Virus record (IMG/VR): IMGVR_UViG_3300027908_000001
Span: 23,167 to 87,166 of that record
Length of the DNA stretch: 64,000 nt
Direction: 5' to 3' (one strand)
Source of the DNA: a virus
Taxonomy: Duplodnaviria > Heunggongvirae > Uroviricota > Caudoviricetes
Part shown: one piece after another, positions 1 to 8,381 of the stretch
Position numbering within the stretch: position 1 is the first letter of the stretch
How the letters are laid out: each line of letters starts with the position of its first letter
Position numbers and translations under genes: made by a program
The notes under the pieces: model-generated
What the model was told of the DNA's origin: nothing
The model's input: the letters and a program-made list of their open reading frames with translations, nothing else
The model's database searches: none

Positions 1-2208
1 CGTGTACCAGTTCCGACTTTTCCGGTCATACTCGGTCTCCACCTTGAAATCTCCGATGACAATGGAGCGGTTCTCGCGGTGCTTGAAAAAATCAATGGCC
101 ACTTGTTTGCGACCTTCTTTGTCGCTGGCGGCATCATAGCGAGTAATAGCGTCTTGCAAACCGTGTTGACTTGTGGATTGCCCGGTTCGGACGTGCGCCG
201 CTTCCAGTTCCGCGAACATCCCCATTTCCTTGTCCACGAACAACGGGAATCCGGCAATGCCCTTGGATGCCCGGTTGGTCACCCGATGCCATTCCCCGTC
301 GTCTTGGTACTTCCACCCTCGGAGTTGATAGAAGTCGCCGGTCGTGCTGCTCTTGACGCGCTCGTAGCGGGCCGAGAAGTCGCCCTCGGTGATTTCGACC
401 GGACCGGCGGTGAACTCGCCTTTGGCGTCGCGCGGGTGCTGCGCCTCATCAAACGATTTCTCAACTTCCTCGGATTTGGCAATCCGGGTCGGCCACTGGT
501 TGAACAGTTTGCCGAGACTGCTGACGTTGATGATTTGCCGCGTCTTGAAATCGATGGTGGTGCCGTCATTGAGTTTGGCAGTAAGCGTTGACCATCCCCA
601 GACGTTGCCGTCGCCGCGATGACCGACCGACACCACCTCTCGGCCCTTGGCTTCCTCCGTAATCTTGCCAGTCAATTTGTGCGCGTACTCAGCGAACGAT
701 TCATCAGCCAGCCGTTCAGCGTTCGCCGCGATGGTCTTGGCGCGCGCCGCCGGTTCTTCCTTGAACTTCATGGTGTTCGGGTCGGCCATGCTGCATGAAC
801 GGTTCACTGGTTCCAGCCAGTGCTGGGCTGACGTGCGGGCATCCGTCGCCTGCCGATACGCCGCCTTGCTCATTGAACCTCGGGGACGTGGCAAAGCCTT
901 GTCTAAATCCCAGTTGGCCGCCTTCATGTCCGTTTCGAGCTTGGTCACGTAACGGGTAATCTGGTCGTGCAGCGCGTCCCGAAGTTGATTGCGCACCGGC
1001 GCGATGGCGGTCTTGACTTTATCCTGTACCGCTCCGAACTCGGCATTGTCGGCCCGGTACTTATCCATACGCTTGGCATGTTCGGTGTCGGCCGCTTCCT
1101 GCTCGCGGAACTTGGAATAAACCGGCTGAAACTTCTTGGCGTATTCGTGTTCGTTTTGCTGTGCCGCGAAGTACGCGTCCCGTGCCGCTAAGAAAGCCTT
1201 CTGTTCCGGCGAATCGTTCGGAGTTGGTTTCGTATCCATCTCCGACATTTGCTTGTCGCGCGTCGCGATGGCGTCATATGCGGCGCTGGTGCGCTTGCGT
1301 TCGCCCTTGAGCCGTTCCATTTCGGCGGACATCGAGGCGAACTCGCCATGCTCATCCCGAGGATGTTTGGCCTCGAAGCTGGCGTCTTTTCCGATGCGGC
1401 TCACCGGCGGATTGCCTACAATGAATTCCTCGTAGCGGCCCGACAGACCGACGTTGACCGCCAAGATATTCTCGACCGGCACGTTCTTGGTTGTAATGAT
1501 GTTGCCAAACTCTGCCGCCTTCTCGCGGGTCGATGCCCAGTTGGTCGTCGGCTTTTCCTTCTGGACGCCGGTGGCGCGGAACAATGGCACGGTATCGCCG
1601 TAGTGCTGGCGCAACGCTTCGCGCGTGTCCTTGAACGTGTCGTAAAGCTGTTCAGGCGAAACCTTGCTGTTGTGGCCGAGCATGACTTCGTCCACGGCAG
1701 TGTTGGCATTGAACCAGACACCGATGACGGCGTCTACCAACGGCGTGTAAACCGCCTTGTTCTTGGTGAGGTCGTTGCGGGCGGTCAGGACGATGTCGGA
1801 TGGCAGCGTACTCTGGCGCTCGGCTGGCGACGGGATGCGTGACGGGTCCAGCGGCTTGGCGATGTCGAACCGGAGCGACCAGAGTTCGGTGGACAGCTTG
1901 CGGTATTCCTTGGCTTCGTCGGTGGTCAGCCCGCTGAGCTTGGCCAACTCCTCAGCGCGTGGTAGGAGTTCCTTGATGCGGGCAATCTTGGCCTCTCGGG
2001 TGTCGGCTACGGCGAATTCACCCCGACTATCTCGCGGGTGCTGCGCCTCATTCCAATCCGCTGCCTTCAGCACGGCCTCCGTGGCGCTGAGCCCGTCTAT
2101 CTCCTCGCAGATGGCCTGCAAGAATGCCTCGTCCTCTAGTTCCGGGAACAGGAATCTGTCGTCCGTCCCGCCGATGCGGCCAGTTTGGATGTCGGTGTCG
2201 AGGCTCAT
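1..2208 (-). CDS. Giant multidomain polyvalent-type protein, N-terminal ~736 aa (ORF runs off window edge; 3' end outside)
   Basis: ATG at 2208..2206 with in-frame TAA upstream at 2226..2224. Manual minus-strand translation gives MSLDTDIQTGRIGGTDDRFLFPELEDEAF...AQHPRDSRGEFAV...AKHPRDEHGEFAS... with no stop down to nt 1 (last codons ...SRNWYT). Absent from supplied ORF track because no in-window stop. Carries the same HPRDxxGEF motif as the three giant ORFs downstream. Confidence 0.6.
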   Translation of the reverse strand, partial: MSLDTDIQTGRIGGTDDRFLFPELEDEAFLQAICEEIDGLSATEAVLKAADWNEAQHPRDSRGEFAVADTREAKIARIKELLPRAEELAKLSGLTTDEAKEYRKLSTELWSLRFDIAKPLDPSRIPSPAERQSTLPSDIVLTARNDLTKNKAVYTPLVDAVIGVWFNANTAVDEVMLGHNSKVSPEQLYDTFKDTREALRQHYGDTVPLFRATGVQKEKPTTNWASTREKAAEFGNIITTKNVPVENILAVNVGLSGRYEEFIVGNPPVSRIGKDASFEAKHPRDEHGEFASMSAEMERLKGERKRTSAAYDAIATRDKQMSEMDTKPTPNDSPEQKAFLAARDAYFAAQQNEHEYAKKFQPVYSKFREQEAADTEHAKRMDKYRADNAEFGAVQDKVKTAIAPVRNQLRDALHDQITRYVTKLETDMKAANWDLDKALPRPRGSMSKAAYRQATDARTSAQHWLEPVNRSCSMADPNTMKFKEEPAARAKTIAANAERLADESFAEYAHKLTGKITEEAKGREVVSVGHRGDGNVWGWSTLTAKLNDGTTIDFKTRQIINVSSLGKLFNQWPTRIAKSEEVEKSFDEAQHPRDAKGEFTAGPVEITEGDFSARYERVKSSTTGDFYQLRGWKYQDDGEWHRVTNRASKGIAGFPLFVDKEMGMFAELEAAHVRTGQSTSQHGLQDAITRYDAASDKEGRKQVAIDFFKHRENRSIVIGDFKVETEYDRKSRNWYT

Positions 2209-2353
2209 GAATTTACCGGTGGCTTAATCCCCAAATCCTTGGCAATCATTTTGGCAAGCTCTTGCACCAGCCGCTTCTCGGTCTCGCTGAGTTTCGGCGC
2301 AATGTACTTGTCGTAACTCAGTTTCATAGCCGGAGAGATGACGTAAGTGTCGC

Positions 2354-2590
2354 TCATGGCTGCAAGAGATTCTGCCGGGACAATTTGAGCTTATGCTCGC
2401 CCGAAGCCGTCTTGATGGTTGCGGATTTCTGGTTCACTCGAATCACGTCATGCACCTTAACCTCGAACGCGACCTTGGTCAAGAAGTAACAGGGTATCCG
2501 CCCTCGGTCGCAGGCCGGTAGGTCGGTAATGAGTATCAAGCCGGTCGGGTGATGCTCTATCCGAGCGATATTGCACGATGTCTCACTCAT
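2354..2590 (-). CDS. hypothetical protein (78 aa)
   Basis: ORF track; same strand as flanking genes, sits between two giant genes. Confidence 0.3.
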   Translation of the reverse strand: MSETSCNIARIEHHPTGLILITDLPACDRGRIPCYFLTKVAFEVKVHDVIRVNQKSATIKTASGEHKLKLSRQNLLQP

Positions 2591-2742
2591 GACGGCGGAA
2601 TCCTTCGCTGGCGATGGCCCGACGCCGCGCCTCGAATACTTTGTCCACAGCCTTTTCCAGCCGCCGCCGATTGGCCGCGCGCTGCTTGGGTGTCAGTCGC
2701 TTGGCCCGGTTGCGCTTCTTGATGCCCTTCCAGTATTTAATA

Positions 2743-4305
2743 TCAGACTTGGGCATGCGCCGCCATCCTTTCGAGCTTGAGCTTCTGGTACGCCTGTCCA
2801 ATCTTCCACCCGAGACTGTCCGGGGAGAGGTCTTTGCGGGCTTCGTAGCCGCCGTTCGGGCCACGGAACAAAAGCACTTCGCGACCGAATTTCGGAAAGC
2901 TCGGTGTGGCGAACGTTGCGAATTCCCACGCGTGATGGATACCAGCCAGCCGTTGGTTGGATTCCTCGAACTCGGCATCGCCCATCCGCTCTATGGAGTG
3001 ATGCGCGTCCAGCATGGACTCGAACCAGCCGCGCACTTCCCTCTGGGCGTCTGGATTGGCGAAGTCGTAGCCGTTAAGAGGCCAAGCCAGACTACCGACC
3101 TTCGCATTCGCCTGTAACTCGATGTACTTCACGCCAATCTCCTGACAGAATTTCTCGGACTGGTTGTAAAAGTCCGTGCCGATGCCGGTTCCCTGCCAGC
3201 CCGGATGGATGTCCAGACTCATGTTGTGACAGGCCAGATTGCCTTCCCTATCCAGACCGAGCACGCGGTGGAAGCGTCCGACCTGTTCAGACGTGTTCCG
3301 ATTGTAGATGTCCCCTGCCACGACCAGCGCCGGTTGGTTGTCCATGATGTGCGGGATGAACTTGTCGATGCGGACGGCCAAGTCGGGATGGTGTGGCACG
3401 CTGAAACCGGTTTCAAACTCTTCCTTGGTCATCCCGGTCAACTGCGGCGGCATCTTCTGCGGCTCCACCGCTGCGGAGGCGCTGGCAAACTTGCCGTGCT
3501 CGCCGCGGGGATGCAGTTCCTCACGCCACTCGGCGGCCTTGGCCAAATCCTCGACCAGCGCCGCATCCGAGATGTCCACCGACTTGGAGATGGGGACGGA
3601 CACTGGCCGGACGGTGATGGCGGAAAGGCGCAGATGGACGTTCTTGCCGACTTCGTGTACCTTAACCACGTCACCGCATGGGGTGGTTTGGACGGAGTAG
3701 AACCGGCCCGGTCGGATGGCGGCGCGGTCGAGCGGAGCGCCCAGTTCCGATTTCTTTAGGATGACTTCGAGCACCACAAGGTCATCAAGTGATTTCTTGA
3801 CCGGCCCCGCAGCATCCGCATCGAACAGGATTACCTGCGGGGAGAACCGTTTGTCAGATAGGTCCAGCACGCCATCGTAGCCTTGCGCGCGCAGATAGCG
3901 CTGGCGGCGACCAAAGTAATTCTCGCCATCTTGCATATCGGCATTCTCCGCCACTTCATGCAATAGTTTCTTGCCATCCGCTGGCGACCGCACCAATCGC
4001 AAGCGAATATCATTCGGCAGCGTGTACTTCAAAACCTGCGTGTCTTTGCCGGTGCCACGGTTTTCCTTGGCCCATCTCAGGGCTTTGTCGCGCTCGCCTG
4101 TGAGGTAGAACTGACCGGAGAGGCCGCCGGTCTTCGCACCAAAGGCTTTTATCTTGCGCGCCGAAGCCGCCGTCGTGCCGTGATACAGCACCGTTCCGGC
4201 GTGATAGATAGCAGCGTCGCCGTCGATGTGGTAAATCGCCGAGCCAGAATTGGCGAACCGGCCGCGCTCGTCGTGGTTGGGATTCGATTTTTGAAGGTGC
4301 ATCAT
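2743..4305 (-). CDS. polyvalent-type multidomain protein (520 aa) with NPNHDERGRF and ELHPRGEHGKF motifs
   Basis: Long ORF; N-terminal NPNHDERGRFA motif and internal HPRGEHGKF motif shared with neighbouring giant proteins; YHGT...GxFY module paralogous to modules in 1126- and 1600-aa proteins. Confidence 0.55.
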   Translation of the reverse strand: MMHLQKSNPNHDERGRFANSGSAIYHIDGDAAIYHAGTVLYHGTTAASARKIKAFGAKTGGLSGQFYLTGERDKALRWAKENRGTGKDTQVLKYTLPNDIRLRLVRSPADGKKLLHEVAENADMQDGENYFGRRQRYLRAQGYDGVLDLSDKRFSPQVILFDADAAGPVKKSLDDLVVLEVILKKSELGAPLDRAAIRPGRFYSVQTTPCGDVVKVHEVGKNVHLRLSAITVRPVSVPISKSVDISDAALVEDLAKAAEWREELHPRGEHGKFASASAAVEPQKMPPQLTGMTKEEFETGFSVPHHPDLAVRIDKFIPHIMDNQPALVVAGDIYNRNTSEQVGRFHRVLGLDREGNLACHNMSLDIHPGWQGTGIGTDFYNQSEKFCQEIGVKYIELQANAKVGSLAWPLNGYDFANPDAQREVRGWFESMLDAHHSIERMGDAEFEESNQRLAGIHHAWEFATFATPSFPKFGREVLLFRGPNGGYEARKDLSPDSLGWKIGQAYQKLKLERMAAHAQV

Positions 4306-4343
4306 CCTACAATTCGCCTTGCCGGGTCACTGCCAAAAAGTTC

Positions 4344-4372
4344 TTGCCTCCGCAGTCCGCTGGCCGTATAGT
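4344..4372 (+). promoter_or_regulatory. candidate sigma-70 promoter TTGCCT-N17-TATAGT driving the plus-strand mini-gene
   Basis: TTGCCT at 4344..4349, 17-nt spacer, TATAGT at 4367..4372; located in the only sizeable intergenic gap (4306..4463) of this part of the genome. Confidence 0.35.
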
Positions 4373-4463
4373 GCCCGCGTGGACGGCACATAAGACCTCT
4401 CTATTGATTCTTCGATTACTGGCACGCATGAAGTGTGTCCGTGTTTGAATTCAAGGAGAGCCA

Positions 4464-4652
4464 ATGTCTTACTACGATAGTCCAGTCATTCTCTACCGCT
4501 GCGCGCGGTGCCGCCTCATGAAACCTTCCACCCAGTTCCAACCGTTCGTCGAACGAGGAACCACCATCCGGTCGGACTCCTGCGATGCCTGCCGACGGGA
4601 AATCGTGGCACTGCGGTCGAGGAAACGCGTTCATGACGTAACCTTGCGCTGA
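4464..4652 (+). CDS. small zinc-ribbon protein (62 aa), opposite strand to all neighbours
   Basis: ATG at 4464 preceded by AAGGAG (4453..4458); two CxxC pairs (CARC...CDAC); sits in intergenic gap between two minus-strand giant genes. Confidence 0.5.
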   Translation: MSYYDSPVILYRCARCRLMKPSTQFQPFVERGTTIRSDSCDACRREIVALRSRKRVHDVTLR

Positions 4653-5026
4653 CGGGCCAGACGCCGCGCCGCAGCCGGGGTAGAGGCCAGCGTGGCCGCC
4701 TTGCCGACAAGTTCGCGCGCTTCCATGACCTTGGCCACCTGAGAGGCTGGAATCGCGACATAGAACCGGACGGCCTGTTCACCGTCCATCTTGTTCAACC
4801 GCTCCTTGGATTTGCGGATTGGAGCGGGCAACGCTACATTCGGGTCTGGCCAGTCGGCGATGAAGGATTTTATGAGTTCGGAGTCCGGCGCGGGCTCGTC
4901 CTCAAAGAGGTTTGGCATCACGAACGGTCCGACATCCGGCAAGATGGCCGTTGCGTGGTCATCCCGACCCACGATACGCCAACCCTCGGGCACGGCTACG
5001 TCAGGCTTGAGTAGTATTGGCGTCAT
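4631..5026 (-). CDS. hypothetical protein (~131 aa; track ORF 4631..5170 trimmed to internal Met MTPILLKP)
   Basis: ORF track; start chosen to minimise overlap with the 1126-aa gene ending at 5001; protein-like composition. Confidence 0.3.
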   Translation of the reverse strand: MTPILLKPDVAVPEGWRIVGRDDHATAILPDVGPFVMPNLFEDEPAPDSELIKSFIADWPDPNVALPAPIRKSKERLNKMDGEQAVRFYVAIPASQVAKVMEARELVGKAATLASTPAAARRLARQRKVTS

Positions 5027-8000
5027 TGACGACTTTCTCCATGTACTCCAACAACGGCCAGTTCCGTTGATGGAAATCCTCGCGCTTGTAGTTCGGGGCT
5101 GTAACCGCGGCAAATGTTTCGGCGAACCCTTCCTTGGAATTATCGAAGCTATACGATGAAATGGTCTCATGCCGAATGTCGCTCAGGCTTCTCGCTGGCT
5201 TTTCCCCACCGGCGATATATTCCCGCTGCTGGCGCATCGCAACCTCGACCTCGGCGTCGTAGTCCTCCTTATACGGGGCGTACAATCCGCGCCATTCCTG
5301 CGCGCGAGCGATATCCGTGCTCTCAATCCCATCTTCGACATGATGGCCGTATTCGTGGTGCAGTATTCCTTCCAGAGAATCTCCGGGCACAGAACATTCT
5401 CCCGGCTTCACGTTAAATGGCTCGTCGGCGTTCACCTTGGAAATTTTACCACCCCAAAGTTGCGGCGTGTCATACACCACAATTCCGTTGCCGTGCATGT
5501 ACTCGGCTTGCGGCGTGTTCAGGTCCATAGGCTTGGAATCCGGTCGAGCCTGACTGAGTGATACGACCACCGGCACCTTTCCGTACTTCTCAAAGATACG
5601 CTGCATCGACGGGTCATTCCAGAATTTGTTGGCCGCCTTCTGAACGTCGTCATGAAACTGCGGGGTCACCTTGTCGGCCTCCGCGCCTGCGAACGTCTTG
5701 GACCAGCGACGCAGCACTCGGGTAAAGGCGGCCTTCTCTCCCGCCGAGAATCGAAGCGCCACATCGTCGGAATCGCCGGGCTTGACCATGCCCATTTTCT
5801 TGCGCCAAAGCGATACGGCCAGCATATTGGCGCGCTGGTCGTTTAACTCCTGAACCGTCATATCCTTGAGCTTGTCCAGCTTGGCCGCCTCAAGCTTCTG
5901 AAAGTGCGAGACGAACGCCCGCGCCGATTCCACCGAACCGGTTGGCACCACCCCGCTGACCGCGAACTCCCCCTTGGCATCCCGGGGGTGCTGCGCTGGG
6001 TCGAACGCCTTGCCGATGTCTGCTTCCTCGTGACTCCATGTGCCGCGATTGAAGGCCGACTTAATTTGGTGTGGCTCGAATGCCAGCCAAACGCTGTGAG
6101 TAGGGCCTCCCATTTTCCCGCCAGTGTCTTTGATGCCATCGTAACCAAATCTCTGCAGAATTGGCAGCGCATCCTTCGGGACCTGCGTGGCCCAGAACGT
6201 CTCCTTGCCGGTAGCCTCCTCTTCCTTGATGTCGCGCACCCAAGCCTTGAGCGGATATTCCTTCGTCCAATGCGTGTCGCTGATGACATCCTCGCTCGGC
6301 ATGCGTTTGCGCTTGACGGCGCTCTCCAAGACATCCATCAAATCTTTCGGAATCGGCTTGCCGCCGTCGAGCGGGTTCTTGATGCTAAGGTATAATGGGA
6401 ACACCGCCGGTTGCGACCAGTTGTACGCGTTCCATTTCAGGCCGATGTGGTCGAGTAGCTGCTCAAATGGACTCTTGTTCTGCCGCAGTGCGAACGGGCC
6501 TTCGCCTTCATCGGCATACGCAATGTTGTACCCCATTGACTCCATGACCTTAAAAATGGAGAATAGGTCTTTGGTGCCGCCGCGATAGAATGCTTGCCGT
6601 GAATCCTTGTCATAGTCCTTATTGTCGGCCACGTACTTGTCCAAGTCGAAGTGGACCCCGTCCTCTCGATTCAGGAACTCCTTGGCTTTCGCTGCCTGCT
6701 CCGGCGTCAGCGTGATTTGCCAGAGCTTCTTGTTGAACTCTCCGTTCTTACCGGCAATCCTATATTGGTCGCCGTTCTCGTAGGTTTCTTTCACGCCCAT
6801 TTTACCGGTCGCGTAATTGGAGGCAATGGCCGGGTCTTCGGTGGCGTAGAACGCGCCTGCGGTGGATTTGCGCGGGTTGAATCCTTTGCCGTAAAGCTGC
6901 GCATTGTTCTGACCGGAGTAGACGACCTTTGGCTGGCCTTTTTCATCCACGACTTTTGAACCAGCGAACCATGCTTTGAATGCTGGAGAAGAAGTGCCGC
7001 TCGTGAACTCCCCACCGCCTGCTGAGCCCTTCGGTACGCGCGGGTGAACGGCTTCATCGAAGGATTTGCGCATGTCATCCATCGCCTTGGCTACTTCCGC
7101 CGGTTCCTTGGTCACGTCTTTGCCATTGACGTGGGTGATGTGGATTCGTGAATCGTCGAAGATGACGTAGTTGTGGGTCTGCCGGTCCTTGGCTTTGTCG
7201 TAGTATGCCTTCGCATCGGCCTCGTGAATGAACTGCAAGGTGCCTTTCATTGAGTCATCCACTTCCCAAACGCTCGTCTTCGGGTCTTTGCGAGGTTCGT
7301 GGACACGACTGCCTTGGTCGAGGTACTTCAAACCCGGTATGCCGTTGGCTTTAAGCTCTTCGGAGGCGGCCTTGGGCGACCCTAACAGGTCGGAGAGTTC
7401 CGTGTAAAAAGTTGCCCCAGTCTTGTCGGACAGGTCGTACTCTTGAAATCGTCTCGATAGCTCACTGGCCTTATGGAAATCCGTTTCCTTGTTCACCACG
7501 TCATCTAGCACGTCCTTCACCGCCGACCGGATGCTGTCGTTCTGTTGGCTGAGCGGCCTGTCGTCATCCAATAATTCACCGGGCCTGACTGCCAACTTGA
7601 CCTGATACATATTGCCATGGCCCTGCGCGATTGCGCCTTTATCCACCGCGGCCAGTAGCGTATCGGCCTTGGCCTTCAATGCCTGCACGCCTTCGAGGTT
7701 TACTTCGAGGAACTCATTCGGCTTGTAGACCATGTCCTTGATGGCCTGAAATGTTTTTGCATGACCGTTCTGGCAGGTGCTGCTGTTGCCTTCATACTCC
7801 TTGGTGTCGGTCCAGTAGGTAATGCGCGCACCGTCGCTGGCCGTCCATTCTTGGCAGGGCACCGCTTTGCGCTCTGCGCCCCATCCATGCATGTACTCCA
7901 CGTCGACCGGCCCGGTCCACTTCCGCTCCCGGGCGTTCTTCACTTCGGCATCAACCTTGGCCTGATACTCGGACGCCCGCTGGTTGGCAACATCGACGGT

Positions 8001-8381
8001 GTTGGTCGCCCATTGCTTCAACTGATTCAGCGCGCGGGTCTGCGATGACTTGTTTGTAGAATTTAGCGCCACCTTGAGCTTGTTGTAGGCTGCATCGGTA
8101 ATCCCAAGGTCGTGCGCGTCGGCTCCGTCCACTAGAATAACATCGCCCAGCTTCTTGTAGCTCTCCGCAGTGGCTTGTTGGTCGGCGAAGTAGAGGCCGT
8201 ACCCGTATGCCTGCGCGCCTTCGCCTTCGCCGATATGGGATGAGGAAAACTCCGGTACTAGGTTCGGTGTGCCATGATACGCAACGATGCCGCCAGCGCC
8301 GTCCGATTCCGAGAACCGGCCTTTGTCGTCGTGGTGGACGTTAAACTTGGCGATGCGCCGCAATGTTGCGATGATGTTCAT
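5001..8381 (-). CDS. polyvalent-type giant protein (1126 aa) with C-terminal HExxH zinc-metallopeptidase motif
   Basis: ATG at 8381; motifs FNVHHDDKGRF (N-term), HPRVPKGSAGGGEF, HPRDAKGEFAV; HHEYGHH (HExxH) encoded at 5340..5360; TPEFKAWF...VVYSG...FYAT and SIKNPLD...GYDGI...QIKSAFN modules paralogous to modules in the 1600-aa protein. Confidence 0.65.
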   Translation of the reverse strand: MNIIATLRRIAKFNVHHDDKGRFSESDGAGGIVAYHGTPNLVPEFSSSHIGEGEGAQAYGYGLYFADQQATAESYKKLGDVILVDGADAHDLGITDAAYNKLKVALNSTNKSSQTRALNQLKQWATNTVDVANQRASEYQAKVDAEVKNARERKWTGPVDVEYMHGWGAERKAVPCQEWTASDGARITYWTDTKEYEGNSSTCQNGHAKTFQAIKDMVYKPNEFLEVNLEGVQALKAKADTLLAAVDKGAIAQGHGNMYQVKLAVRPGELLDDDRPLSQQNDSIRSAVKDVLDDVVNKETDFHKASELSRRFQEYDLSDKTGATFYTELSDLLGSPKAASEELKANGIPGLKYLDQGSRVHEPRKDPKTSVWEVDDSMKGTLQFIHEADAKAYYDKAKDRQTHNYVIFDDSRIHITHVNGKDVTKEPAEVAKAMDDMRKSFDEAVHPRVPKGSAGGGEFTSGTSSPAFKAWFAGSKVVDEKGQPKVVYSGQNNAQLYGKGFNPRKSTAGAFYATEDPAIASNYATGKMGVKETYENGDQYRIAGKNGEFNKKLWQITLTPEQAAKAKEFLNREDGVHFDLDKYVADNKDYDKDSRQAFYRGGTKDLFSIFKVMESMGYNIAYADEGEGPFALRQNKSPFEQLLDHIGLKWNAYNWSQPAVFPLYLSIKNPLDGGKPIPKDLMDVLESAVKRKRMPSEDVISDTHWTKEYPLKAWVRDIKEEEATGKETFWATQVPKDALPILQRFGYDGIKDTGGKMGGPTHSVWLAFEPHQIKSAFNRGTWSHEEADIGKAFDPAQHPRDAKGEFAVSGVVPTGSVESARAFVSHFQKLEAAKLDKLKDMTVQELNDQRANMLAVSLWRKKMGMVKPGDSDDVALRFSAGEKAAFTRVLRRWSKTFAGAEADKVTPQFHDDVQKAANKFWNDPSMQRIFEKYGKVPVVVSLSQARPDSKPMDLNTPQAEYMHGNGIVVYDTPQLWGGKISKVNADEPFNVKPGECSVPGDSLEGILHHEYGHHVEDGIESTDIARAQEWRGLYAPYKEDYDAEVEVAMRQQREYIAGGEKPARSLSDIRHETISSYSFDNSKEGFAETFAAVTAPNYKREDFHQRNWPLLEYMEKVVNDANTTQA

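Noticed and set aside
79-2227. Plus-strand ORFs in the first 2.2 kb (79..591, 647..952, 1249..1842, 1757..2227) and short minus ORFs (279..569, 1416..1721)
   Set aside because: A single uninterrupted minus-strand reading frame (the frame opening with ATG at 2208) spans 1..2208 and carries the conserved HPRDxxGEF motifs; the listed ORFs are alternative-frame or antisense artefacts typical of GC-rich coding DNA.
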